Below the pieces are notes generated by a model. It ran no database searches. It had not been told where the DNA came from and was given only the letters and a program-made list of their open reading frames with translations. From NCBI GenBank assembly GCA_045128515.1, contig JBGVRO010000027.1:1148-65147 (forward strand): a stretch of DNA of 64,000 nt. Reading direction: 5' to 3'. This document shows positions 30,458-41,411 of this stretch, in pieces; the first letter of the stretch is position 1; the number at the start of each line of letters is the position of its first letter. The DNA comes from Eubacteriales bacterium. Lineage in GTDB: Bacteria > Bacillota > Clostridia > Oscillospirales > CAG-272. The translations under genes and the position numbers were made by a program.

Positions 30458-31351
30458 TTAGTTGTCGTTAAGAAAATCACTTCCGCAAAGAAGCTTTAAA
30501 ATCTCGTCAAGATCCTCGTTATCCTCGTAGGATAAGGTGATTGTTTTCTTTCTTCCCTTTCCGTCGATCTTGACCTTTCTGCCAAGGTGACTCTGAACCC
30601 TGATTTCAAGCTCATGGAAGTAGTCTACCAAAGGAAGCGGTTCTTCATCCTCAACAGTAGGCTTCTGAGGCTTGTTAGCAAGCTTTACAAGGTTTTCAAG
30701 AACACGAACAGAGAGATCCTCTTCAACAGTCTTCTGCGCAAGGAGGATCATCGCATCCTTGTCTTTAACTCCAAGTAAAGTACGCGCGTGACCTGCACTA
30801 AGCTCGCCCGAAGCAACCATGGTAAGAACCTCCTCGGGAAGATCAAGAAGACGAACTGCGTTTGCAATCGCACTTCTGCTCTTTCCTACCTTCTGCGAAA
30901 GCTCCTCCTGAGTCATATCGTACTCCTCAGCAAGTGCCTTGTATGCAAGAGCTTCTTCAATGGGATTAAGATTTTCACGCTGGATGTTTTCGATAAGAGC
31001 GATTTGTGCCGCTTTCTTATCATCGCGATCAAGAACTATTGCAGGAATTTCGGTAAGGCCTGCAAGCTTTGATGCTCTGAAACGACGTTCACCTGCAATG
31101 ATCTGGTATCTTCCGTCACCGTATTCACGTACAAGAATAGGCTGAAGAAGACCGTTCTCACTGATAGATTCAGCAAGCTGCTCGAGAGCCTCTTTATCAA
31201 AATGCTTTCTGGGCTGATCGCGCTTAGGATCAACGAGAGATATTTTAAGCTTTGTAATTTTTTCTTCGCTATGCACTGTTTCCTCGACAAGAGTGTTGTC
31301 AAGGAAAATCGCGTCAAGGCCTCTGCCAAGGCCGCTATTCTTTTTTGCCAT
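30458..31351 (-). CDS. parB: Chromosome partitioning protein ParB/Spo0J
   Basis: GLGRGLDA, QPRK.F, AGERRFRA, ENIQRENLNP and HTH motifs. Confidence 0.97.
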   Translation of the reverse strand: MAKKNSGLGRGLDAIFLDNTLVEETVHSEEKITKLKISLVDPKRDQPRKHFDKEALEQLAESISENGLLQPILVREYGDGRYQIIAGERRFRASKLAGLTEIPAIVLDRDDKKAAQIALIENIQRENLNPIEEALAYKALAEEYDMTQEELSQKVGKSRSAIANAVRLLDLPEEVLTMVASGELSAGHARTLLGVKDKDAMILLAQKTVEEDLSVRVLENLVKLANKPQKPTVEDEEPLPLVDYFHELEIRVQSHLGRKVKIDGKGRKKTITLSYEDNEDLDEILKLLCGSDFLNDN

Positions 31352-31429
31352 GGTATTCTCCTTTATGTAATTAAGGTAATTTCATTTGTATTGATAAAAA
31401 ATAAATCTGGTAAATAATAGCATATAGTA

Positions 31430-31570
31430 TGTTGAAAAGTTTTTAACACCAAGATTTTGCAATTTTTATTGAAAATTCAAGGAAAATCAGGAATATTATT
31501 CAGTGAAATAATAATATAACACAGCAAAATAACAACTTATCAACATTGTTAACATACAAAATGTGGAAAA
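31430..31570. promoter_or_regulatory. DnaA-box-like cluster between parA and parB
   Basis: TGTTGAAAA (31430), TTTTTAACA (31440), TTATCAACA (31537), TTGTTAACA (31546), TGTGGAAAA (31562). Confidence 0.6.
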
Positions 31571-31636
31571 CTATACGATAGAGCAGCAATAAATTACCAT
31601 ATTTTACCAAATGATACTAATAATGACACAAATTGA

Positions 31637-32398
31637 TTAAATTCGCATCATCAGCTCTTTTGCCACTGCAGCATACTCTAAAGAACCCTTTCCGTAGGGA
31701 TCGTGGTAACAAATAGGCTCACCGTAGCCGGGAGCTTCGGAAATTCTTACTGTTCTTGAAATCGGAACCTTGAAAAGCTTATCTGCATAGTACTTTTTAA
31801 GCTCTGCAACAACCTGTCCGGTCAATGTAAGGCGTCCGTTATACATTGTGAGAAGAATTCCTACTACCTGAAGCGTAGGATTATAAAGTGTTTTGATCTT
31901 TTTTACTGTATTTAAGAGCTGTGACATACCCTCAAGCGAGTAGAATTCGCACTGCATAGGAATTACAACACCATCTGACACAGATAAAGCCTTAACAGTA
32001 AGCATACCGAGCGAAGGAGGACAGTCGATAAATATGTAATCATAGTCATCCTTAATAGAATCTAATGCTATTTTAGTGAAATTAAGGTTCTCATCAAGCT
32101 CCTGAAGTTCAATTTCAGCCCCTGCAAGCTCAATATTAGCTGCAATTACTGATAAATTCTTAAATCTTGTCTTAATTATAGCCTCAGAGATGTCACATCT
32201 GCCTATAATAACGTCATATGTAGTGTTTTTTATCTTAGATTTTTGTAATCCAAGTCCACTTGTAGCATTTCCCTGAGGATCCATGTCAATCATGAGCACT
32301 TTTTTGCCTTTATTAGCAATCTGTGCTGCAATATTGACACATGATGTTGTTTTACCAACACCGCCCTTCTGGTTAGAAAAGGATACAACCTTTGCCAT
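31637..32398 (-). CDS. parA: Chromosome partitioning ATPase ParA/Soj
   Basis: NQKGGVGKTT, DMDPQGNAT, IDCPPSLG and EAPGYG motifs. Confidence 0.97.
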   Translation of the reverse strand: MAKVVSFSNQKGGVGKTTSCVNIAAQIANKGKKVLMIDMDPQGNATSGLGLQKSKIKNTTYDVIIGRCDISEAIIKTRFKNLSVIAANIELAGAEIELQELDENLNFTKIALDSIKDDYDYIFIDCPPSLGMLTVKALSVSDGVVIPMQCEFYSLEGMSQLLNTVKKIKTLYNPTLQVVGILLTMYNGRLTLTGQVVAELKKYYADKLFKVPISRTVRISEAPGYGEPICYHDPYGKGSLEYAAVAKELMMRI

Positions 32399-32458
32399 TT
32401 TAACCTCCAATATCTTTCTTTTAAAAAGAAATCCTGTTTTTTATTATTATACATAGAT

Positions 32459-32487
32459 ATTATACTATAAAATATGATATTTGTCAA
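32459..32487 (-). promoter_or_regulatory. parA promoter
   Basis: Perfect TTGACA-17bp-TATAAT on the minus strand. Confidence 0.8.
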
Positions 32488-32530
32488 TCGATTTAGCGTA
32501 AAACATTTATATTTCTAACTAAATCTATAT

Positions 32531-32688
32531 TGTTTCACGTGAAACAATCGTTTATATTAAATTCAAGGGTATCATAAGTAATGTTTCACGTGAAACATTA
32601 CTTTCATGAGGTAAATAACTTATTGTTTCACGTGAAACATCAGTCAAGAGTGTTTTATACTTAAATATGCATTGTTTCACGTGAAACA
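32531..32688. promoter_or_regulatory. Cluster of four parS centromere sites
   Basis: Perfect palindrome TGTTTCACGTGAAACA at 32531, 32582, 32624 and 32673. Confidence 0.97.
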
Positions 32689-32689
32689 A

Positions 32690-32718
32690 TTGACTTTTGA
32701 TAGAATTTGATGTATAAT
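32690..32718 (+). promoter_or_regulatory. Promoter of the histidine phosphatase gene, abutting parS no. 4
   Basis: TTGACT-17bp-TATAAT. Confidence 0.7.
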
Positions 32719-32750
32719 TGTGGTGTAATAAATGAAAAAAAGGTGTTTAT

Positions 32751-33470
32751 ATGATAAATAAGATAAAAATTATATTAGTACGTCATGGACAAAGCATTGG
32801 CAACCAAACGAGAGTATTTTTGGGTCACACTGACCTTGATTTATCCGAATTAGGCTATAAACAGGCAAATGCAACAGCAGAATACCTAAAAAATGAGAAA
32901 ATTGATAAAATCTATTCAAGTGACCTTATCAGAGCATATAATACTGCTCTTCCACATGCAAAAATTCGTAATATGCAGGTTATTCCAAATAAAAATCTTC
33001 GCGAAGCATATGTTGGCTCCTGGGAAGGTATGAACGTAGATGATATTATAGAAAAATGGGGCAGGGAGGTATTTGTTGATCAGTGGAAAAATAATTTTGG
33101 ACTTTTTAGTTTTCCGGGCGGTGAAAGTATAAAAGGGGCAGGGGAACGCTTTTATAACGAAATTCTTTCAATTTGTAATGATTTTTCGTTAAACACGACT
33201 CATAACTATCATAAATCGGCTAATAATGGCGAAGTTAAGGGTCAAAATGATGAAATAACTATACTTATTGCCTCTCATGCTGCGGTTATAAGATCTTTTT
33301 GGTCTATTATATCTGATGTTGCTTTTGATGAGCTTGCAGATAAAATTCCATTTCCTACTAACGCATCCTATTCTGTTTGCTACTATGAAAAGAGCAAAAT
33401 TACTCCTTTTTCATATTCAAATGACGATCATCTTTTTGATGTCGGCATCACAAAGGTTAATTTGGTTTGA
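32751..33470 (+). CDS. Histidine phosphatase (phosphoglycerate mutase-like) family protein
   Basis: LVRHGQS, SSDL.RA..TA, LRE...G.WEG, PGGES and SHAAVIR motifs. Confidence 0.9.
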   Translation: MINKIKIILVRHGQSIGNQTRVFLGHTDLDLSELGYKQANATAEYLKNEKIDKIYSSDLIRAYNTALPHAKIRNMQVIPNKNLREAYVGSWEGMNVDDIIEKWGREVFVDQWKNNFGLFSFPGGESIKGAGERFYNEILSICNDFSLNTTHNYHKSANNGEVKGQNDEITILIASHAAVIRSFWSIISDVAFDELADKIPFPTNASYSVCYYEKSKITPFSYSNDDHLFDVGITKVNLV

Positions 33471-33527
33471 AAATTTAAAGATAATAGACATAATATATAA
33501 CAGTGTTTATTAAAATATAGTTTATAT

Positions 33528-33586
33528 AAAAAACACAGCCTGTATCGACATAAAATATATCAGTCGACTATAAGCTGTGTTTTTTT
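33528..33586. terminator. Bidirectional terminator
   Basis: AAAAACACAGC...GCTGTGTTTTTTT between convergent genes. Confidence 0.65.
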
Positions 33587-33597
33587 GCTATAAAATT

Positions 33598-34737
33598 TTA
33601 CTTAAAGAATTTCTTAAAGAAGCTCTGTTTTTTTGAACTGTTATTTTCACCGAGCGATTCTGCAAATGCGTTGAGAAGCTCTTTCTGCTTAGAGTTAAGA
33701 TTTCTCGGAGTTTCAACTGCAACCGTGATTATAAGATCACCCTTACGTTTAGTGTTGATGTCAGGAATGCCCTTGCCACGAAGAGTAAACTCTGTACCGC
33801 TTTGAGTTCCTTCGGGAATACGGTATTTTTCACTTCCGCCACCAAGTACGGGAATATCAATTTCCGCACCAAGTGTTGCCTCGGCAAATGTAATAGGAAC
33901 TTCACAATAAATGTCATTACCTTCGCGACGGAAAATCTTATCTTCTCTGACTCTTACCTCAATAATGAGATTACCGCTTGGACCACCATTAAGACCTGCT
34001 GAACCTTGTCCGCGAAGAACAATATTCTGTCTGTCTTCAATACCGGAGGGAATATTTACTTCAAGCTTTTTATTAAGTCTTACGCGACCCTTGCCGTTAC
34101 AATTCTTACAGGGAGACTTAATTATTTTACCTCTGCCTGCGCAACGCTGACAGCTACGCTGAGTCTGCATATATCCGAGCATGGTCTGCTGTCTTACGGT
34201 AACTCTACCTGTACCGCGACACTCGGGACATTTTTCAATATCACCCTCGTGCTCAGCACCGCTTCCACCACAGTCGGAGCAATTTTCAATTCTGGCAAAG
34301 CTTATTTCCTTCTTGCACCCAAAGGCTGCTTCCTCAAAGGAAATACTGACTCTTGCACCGACGTCATCACCCTCAACAGGAGCATTAGCTCTTGAATATG
34401 ATGATGTCGATCCACCGCCAAAGAAGGACGAGAAGATGTCACCGAAATCAAAGTCAGCACCGCTGAAGCCACCAAATCCGCCATATCCTCCGCCACCTGA
34501 GGTGGGGTCAAAGGCATCGTGACCAAAGCGGTCATATTTAGATCTCTTTTCAGAGTCGGAAAGCACTGCGTATGCTTCGTTTACTTCCTTGAACTTAACC
34601 TCAGCCTCTGCGTTACCCGGATTCATATCCGGGTGATATTTCTTTGCAAGAGAACGATAAGCCTTCTTTATTTCATCCTCGCTTGCACCTTTCTGCACTC
34701 CAAGGACTTCATAATAATCTTTTTTATTTTCTGCCAT
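33598..34737 (-). CDS. dnaJ: Chaperone DnaJ
   Basis: HPD J-domain, G/F region and four CxxCxGxG motifs. Confidence 0.98.
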   Translation of the reverse strand: MAENKKDYYEVLGVQKGASEDEIKKAYRSLAKKYHPDMNPGNAEAEVKFKEVNEAYAVLSDSEKRSKYDRFGHDAFDPTSGGGGYGGFGGFSGADFDFGDIFSSFFGGGSTSSYSRANAPVEGDDVGARVSISFEEAAFGCKKEISFARIENCSDCGGSGAEHEGDIEKCPECRGTGRVTVRQQTMLGYMQTQRSCQRCAGRGKIIKSPCKNCNGKGRVRLNKKLEVNIPSGIEDRQNIVLRGQGSAGLNGGPSGNLIIEVRVREDKIFRREGNDIYCEVPITFAEATLGAEIDIPVLGGGSEKYRIPEGTQSGTEFTLRGKGIPDINTKRKGDLIITVAVETPRNLNSKQKELLNAFAESLGENNSSKKQSFFKKFFK

Positions 34738-34822
34738 TGTTATACCTTTTTATGTTATTTTGTACTAAAATGTAAATAATGGTTTACAAAACTGTATATT
34801 ATATAATAGTTTTTAACGTTTT

Positions 34823-34851
34823 ATCAGGGCGAGTGGTTTACTCGCCCTGAT
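34823..34851 (-). terminator. Hairpin between dnaK and dnaJ (terminator or stabiliser)
   Basis: ATCAGGGCGAGT-GGTTT-ACTCGCCCTGAT; no strong U-tract. Confidence 0.55.
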
Positions 34852-34888
34852 CGTATTTATTGTTAATTGAATTTGAATGACAGACAGA

Positions 34889-36748
<1,860 letters not shown>

Positions 36749-36784
36749 TTATTTATTTTTGTAAAGTATTATTTGCAAAATACC

Positions 36785-37306
36785 TTAATTTGCGGTTTTT
36801 ACCATTGCAAAGCGAATGATATGCTTACCTTTTTTGTATCCCTTCTGGAATACCTCAACGATCTCACCATCACCGCAATTTTCATCGTCAATGTGGAACA
36901 CTGCGTTATGAATGTTGGGGTCAAAGGTCTCGCCAACCTTGCCATACTCCTCAACACCAAGCTTTTCGAAAACAGATGATGTTGTTTTTGAGATCAGCTT
37001 AAGACCCTCGATGATCTTGTCACCCTCGGTGAATCCTGCTGCTCTGTCAAGGTTATCAATGATAGGAAGAAGTTCCTTTACGGTATCTGCTGTTGCCATC
37101 TCGTAAAGTGCATCCTTTTCTTCTCTTGAACGACGTCTGAAGTTGTCGTACTCTGCCGCCATACGAAGATATTTATCTTCCATTTCGGCAAGCTTTGCCT
37201 TAAGCTCCTCTATTTCTGCAGCCGATTTCTTATCAGCCTTGCTTTTTTTCTTTTCTTCCTTAACCGCTTCTTCTGCGGTCTCGGGGATGTTCTTGTTTTC
37301 TTCCAC
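36785..37306 (-). CDS. grpE: Nucleotide exchange factor GrpE
   Basis: AEYDNFRRR, FDPNIHNAV and QKGY motifs; probable GTG start at 37306 after AAAGGA. Confidence 0.93.
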   Translation of the reverse strand: MEENKNIPETAEEAVKEEKKKSKADKKSAAEIEELKAKLAEMEDKYLRMAAEYDNFRRRSREEKDALYEMATADTVKELLPIIDNLDRAAGFTEGDKIIEGLKLISKTTSSVFEKLGVEEYGKVGETFDPNIHNAVFHIDDENCGDGEIVEVFQKGYKKGKHIIRFAMVKTAN

Positions 37307-37337
37307 TGCTAAATTCCTTTCGGTAGTTGTTCTCAAA

Positions 37338-38393
37338 TTATTCCTCGCTTGGCGGTGGTAATGCCGTGTCACTGAATACACGGTCGATTCCATTTGCCAA
37401 GCCGTTAAGCATCTCGATAACTCGTGAGTAATTCATTCGCTTTGGTCCAATTACACCGATTGCAAGCTGTTTGCCGCCAATGTTGATCTTTTTGAAGATC
37501 AAAGCAGTGTTTCTCATGGCATCCGACTGATCCTCTGTACCGATATAAACGTGAATATCGCTTTCATCTGCGGTCTCTCTTGAGATAACGTCAAGGAATT
37601 TTTCCTTTTCCTCAAGCATTTCCATCAGATTTCTAAAATCGGATATATCCGAATATTCGGGATACTGAAGCAGCTTTGTAATTCCTTCAAGTCTTACGTC
37701 TGCGGTGTCAAGCTCGCTCATTGTTTCGTAAATTGCCTTGACGGTAGGATGAACCATTTCGCCTGCCGAACCCATAATTGCCTCAAGTCTCATAATTGAC
37801 GCCATAGTGATACTGTCGCTGGGAAGGTTTACGAGAAGCATATTAAGTGCCTCGGTAAATCTCGAAAGAACGTCCTCGTTGATACCGAAGGGAAGGTGAA
37901 CCGTCTTTGTCTTTACAATATCACCCTCAAAGGTCATTACAAGAAGAAAATCCTTGCTCGAAAGCAGAACACTCTTGAACTGAACGATCCTTACCTTGCC
38001 AGCACCCGGCTTAAAGGCGATGCCTGTATAATCTGTGCAGGATGATGCAAGTCTTGATATTTCCGATAATATCTCATCCATCTCGGTAAGCTTATATCGA
38101 AGCACCTCGTTGATCTCATTAATTTCTGCACGGGTATCAGCGTACTGATGCACGAGAGCGTCTACGTAGTATCTGTATGCCATTTCGGATGGCACACGTC
38201 CTGCCGATGTATGGGGCTGAACAAGGTAACCCATTTCTTCAAGCTCTGCCATCTCGTTACGAATGGTAGCGGGAGAACAGCTTATATCCTGCGAAAGATA
38301 TTTAGAGCCAACAGGCTCTCCGCCTGCAATATGAGCATCGACTATCGCTTTAAGTATTTGCATTTTTCGCGGTGTAAGTCGCTTATCGTCCAT
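37338..38393 (-). CDS. hrcA: Heat-inducible repressor HrcA
   Basis: EPVGSK, SPATIRNEMA.LE, QPHTSAGRVPS and GVIGPKRMNY motifs; ATG 38393. Confidence 0.97.
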   Translation of the reverse strand: MDDKRLTPRKMQILKAIVDAHIAGGEPVGSKYLSQDISCSPATIRNEMAELEEMGYLVQPHTSAGRVPSEMAYRYYVDALVHQYADTRAEINEINEVLRYKLTEMDEILSEISRLASSCTDYTGIAFKPGAGKVRIVQFKSVLLSSKDFLLVMTFEGDIVKTKTVHLPFGINEDVLSRFTEALNMLLVNLPSDSITMASIMRLEAIMGSAGEMVHPTVKAIYETMSELDTADVRLEGITKLLQYPEYSDISDFRNLMEMLEEKEKFLDVISRETADESDIHVYIGTEDQSDAMRNTALIFKKINIGGKQLAIGVIGPKRMNYSRVIEMLNGLANGIDRVFSDTALPPPSEE

Positions 38394-38416
38394 TTTATTA
38401 CCCCTTTTCTCAGTTT

Positions 38417-38443
38417 TTAGCACTTGTAGCAACAGAGTGCTAA
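38417..38443. promoter_or_regulatory. CIRCE operator
   Basis: TTAGCACTT-N9-GAGTGCTAA upstream of hrcA. Promoter TTGACA-17-TATATT at 38457-38485 (minus strand). Confidence 0.95.
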
Positions 38444-38642
38444 CAAGGACATTTATAATATAGCCTATTTTTCCCAATATGTCAAGAACTTTTATAAATT
38501 TTTCTATGAATTTTTTGTTAATATTCAGCAATTGAATTAAATAAGTGCTAAAAAATGATGTTTTTCGGTAAAACGTCTAATTAAACTGCTAAAAATAAAG
38601 ACATTACAATATATAACTGACAATTCTTTTATAAAAAATATC

Positions 38643-38671
38643 TTGACTTTATGACAAATGTATTATATAAT
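38643..38671 (+). promoter_or_regulatory. rny promoter
   Basis: TTGACT-17bp-TATAAT. Confidence 0.7.
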
Positions 38672-38769
38672 TATATACGTATGAGTGTGCTTATACGAGC
38701 ACGCGTCATATTAATAAAATCAATTCAATTTATATAGATTACGAAAATGTAATCAGAAGGAGGTGCAAA

Positions 38770-40311
38770 TTGGATCCAATACTTGCTATAGTTTTGATTG
38801 TAGTTGCCTTGGTCGTTGGCCTGGCAATAGGATTTATACTTCGCAAGATTGCTGCCGAAAAGAAGATCGGTTCTGCTGAAGAGCAGGCTAAGAAGATTCT
38901 TGAGGACGCAATTAAGAATGCAGAAAATGCTAAGAAAGAATCTATCATTGCTGCAAAAGAAGAGATTTTCCAGCTCAAAAAAGAAGCCGATCGCGACATA
39001 AACGAGCGTCGTAAGGAGGTTTCCAGACAGGAGCGCAGAAATACTCAGAAGGAAGAGACCCTCGATGCAAAGATCGAGAAGGTTGAGAAAAAGGATGCAT
39101 TGCTTGCAGAAAAGCTTGCAGATGCAGAGAAGACCCGTGAGGAAATTAACAAGACCCTGCAGGCACAACTTGCAATGCTTGAAAAGATTGCGGGACTTAC
39201 CAGCGAGGAGGCTAAGGCAGAGCTTGTTAACCGTCTTGACTCCGAGATGCAGCACGAGACTGCTCTTAAGATCGCTGAGTACGAGGAGAGATTCAAGGAT
39301 GAGGCTGATACTAAGGCTCGTGACATTCTTTCTCTTGCTATCCAGCGCTTTGCTGCAGATCACGTCAGCGAGATCGCAATCTCTGTTGTTGAGATCCCCG
39401 GTGACGAGATGAAGGGTAGAATTATCGGTCGTGAGGGTAGAAATATCCGTACTATCGAGAATCTTACCGGTGTTGAACTTATTATTGACGATACTCCCGA
39501 CGTTATCACTGTGTCCGGCTTTGATCCCGTAAGACGCGAGATCGCTCGTCTTGCTCTTGAAAAGCTTATCAGTGACGGTCGTATCCATCCCGCAAGAATT
39601 GAGGAGATGGTTGAGAAGGCTCGCCGTGACGTTGATCTTGAGATCAAGAAGGCGGGTGAAAAGGCTATCTTTGAAACAGGTGTTCACGGTCTCCATCCCG
39701 AGCTTATCAAGCTCCTTGGCCGTATGAAGTACCGTACATCCTACGGTCAGAACGCACTTCGCCATTCTATCGAGGTTTCGATGCTGGCAGGCGTTATGGC
39801 TGAGGAAATGGGCGTTGATGCAACTCAGGCTCGCAGAGCAGGTCTTCTCCACGATATTGGTAAGGCTATTACTGCTGAGGTTGACGGTTCTCACGTTCAG
39901 CTCGGTGTTGATATTGCTACCAAGTACCGCGAGAACAAGGATATTATCCACGCAATTCAGGCGCATCATAACGATATTGAGCCTAAGAGCGCTCTTGACT
40001 TCATCATTCAGGCTGCCGATGCTATCAGCGCGGCAAGACCCGGTGCAAGACGCGAGGACGTTGAGAATTACATTAAGCGACTTCAGAAGCTTGAGGAGGT
40101 TGCAGGTGATTTCGAGGGTGTTGAAAAGACCTTCGCAATCCAGGCTGGCCGTGAGGTTAGAATCATGGTTAAGCCCGAGGTTATCTCCGATGACAATATG
40201 AAGATCCTTGCAAGAGATATTGCAAAGAAGATCGAGGATTCTCTTGATTATCCCGGACAGATCAAGGTTAGCGTTATTCGTGAATCTCGTCACGTAGACT
40301 ACGCTAAGTGA
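38770..40311 (+). CDS. rny: Ribonuclease Y
   Basis: N-terminal TM, coiled coil, KH motif [12 protein letters not shown] and HD motif LLHDIGK; TTG start after AGGAGG. Confidence 0.98.
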   Translation: MDPILAIVLIVVALVVGLAIGFILRKIAAEKKIGSAEEQAKKILEDAIKNAENAKKESIIAAKEEIFQLKKEADRDINERRKEVSRQERRNTQKEETLDAKIEKVEKKDALLAEKLADAEKTREEINKTLQAQLAMLEKIAGLTSEEAKAELVNRLDSEMQHETALKIAEYEERFKDEADTKARDILSLAIQRFAADHVSEIAISVVEIPGDEMKGRIIGREGRNIRTIENLTGVELIIDDTPDVITVSGFDPVRREIARLALEKLISDGRIHPARIEEMVEKARRDVDLEIKKAGEKAIFETGVHGLHPELIKLLGRMKYRTSYGQNALRHSIEVSMLAGVMAEEMGVDATQARRAGLLHDIGKAITAEVDGSHVQLGVDIATKYRENKDIIHAIQAHHNDIEPKSALDFIIQAADAISAARPGARREDVENYIKRLQKLEEVAGDFEGVEKTFAIQAGREVRIMVKPEVISDDNMKILARDIAKKIEDSLDYPGQIKVSVIRESRHVDYAK

Positions 40312-40399
40312 TAAAATTGCGAATTGCTTCGGAGTTTTCACGCTCGACGTAGGTAACTACGCCTATCGTGTAAAAATCTTCGCACTTCATCAATTTTAT
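40311..40399 (+). repeat. Dispersed structured element, copy directly after the rny stop codon
   Basis: ATAAAATTGCGAATTGCTTCGGAGTTTTCACGCTCGACGTAGGTAACTACGCCTATCGTGTAAAAATCTTCGCACTTCATCAATTTTAT; homologous to 9165-9251 (minus). Confidence 0.85.
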
Positions 40400-40501
40400 T
40401 ATTAAAGATATTGAGATAAAAAATGGGGCTTTCACCGTGTGATAGCCCCATAAAAATTCAAAATATGCGTCGGGGATAGACCCGAATAGAAAGTTATTTC
40501 A

Positions 40502-41275
40502 ATGAAAATACTCGTTATCGGAGATGTTACGAGTCCGTCTGGAATTGAACATCTCAAAAGAAATCTCTGGAAATTCAGAGAGACAAACAAAATTGATTTT
40601 TGCGTGGTGAACGGAGAGAATGCCGCATTCGTTACAGGTATTTCACCCGAGCTTGCCGAGGTGCTTTTACGTTCGGGAGCCGATTGCATCAGCGGTGGAA
40701 ATCACACTCTTAGAAATAAACGTACTTATACCTACCTTGACGATACTGCCGAGATACTTCGCCCCATCAATTTTGGTGATGAAGCGCCCGGACACGGATA
40801 TGCTATACTTGATTCAAACGGCTACCGTATACTTGTGATCAACGCGCTTGGCAGAGTTAATATGAATCCTACCTTGGATTCTCCCTTCACACATATCGAC
40901 AGACTTCTTCGCGATGAGGCAGGTAATTACGATTTTGCCATCCTCGATATTCATGCGGAGGCTACCGGTGAGAAGCTGGCGGTTGGTTATGCCTACGACG
41001 GCAGGATCAATATCGTTTTCGGCACTCACACCCACGTGCAGACCGCCGATGGCAAGATCTTACCCAACGGAACGGGTTATATCAGTGACGTTGGAATGTG
41101 CGGTGAGAGTGAGGGTATTCTTGGAATGGATCCCGAGGTTGTTGTTGCTCGTATGCGTACAAATCTTCCTCACAGCTTTAAGGCTTCGTCTGGCAAATGC
41201 CATGCCGACGGAGTAATATTTACACTTGACAATTCTACCGGCAGGGTGATTAAGGTCGAGCCTGTTGGATTTTAA
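40502..41275 (+). CDS. ymdB: YmdB-family metallophosphoesterase
   Basis: IGDV, NGENAA, GGNH, DIHAEATGEK, GTHTHV and SDVGMCG motifs; follows rny. Confidence 0.93.
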   Translation: MKILVIGDVTSPSGIEHLKRNLWKFRETNKIDFCVVNGENAAFVTGISPELAEVLLRSGADCISGGNHTLRNKRTYTYLDDTAEILRPINFGDEAPGHGYAILDSNGYRILVINALGRVNMNPTLDSPFTHIDRLLRDEAGNYDFAILDIHAEATGEKLAVGYAYDGRINIVFGTHTHVQTADGKILPNGTGYISDVGMCGESEGILGMDPEVVVARMRTNLPHSFKASSGKCHADGVIFTLDNSTGRVIKVEPVGF

Positions 41276-41389
41276 TATGTCAGCTTCGGCTGACGTGATA
41301 TGACGGCAGAACCGTCGTGATATGCGGTTTTTACCGCGTGATATGTTGCCTTTAGACAACGTGATATTTTTGCTTCGCAAGAGTTATAA
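41272..41389 (+). repeat. Array of five unrelated hairpins joined by a constant GTGATAT linker
   Basis: GTGATAT at 41295, 41317, 41338 and 41361 (degenerate at 41272, 41383); each intervening segment is self-complementary. Confidence 0.9.
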
Positions 41390-41411
41390 CAGAAAGGAGG
41401 AACAGGGAAAA

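Noticed and set aside
32531-32688. Four identical palindromes with variable spacers, resembling a mini-CRISPR
   Set aside because: The 16-bp unit is the exact parS consensus next to parAB; spacer lengths are irregular and no cas genes are present.
29712-33600. AT-rich stretch as a horizontally acquired island
   Set aside because: It contains core chromosomal parAB/parS and no mobility genes or boundary repeats.
41272-41389. GTGATAT array as a CRISPR array or as the coding N-terminus of mnmG (ORF track start 41322)
   Set aside because: The constant part is only 7 bp and the variable parts are palindromic. MnmG homology starts at ATG 41412, after the purine-rich RBS region.
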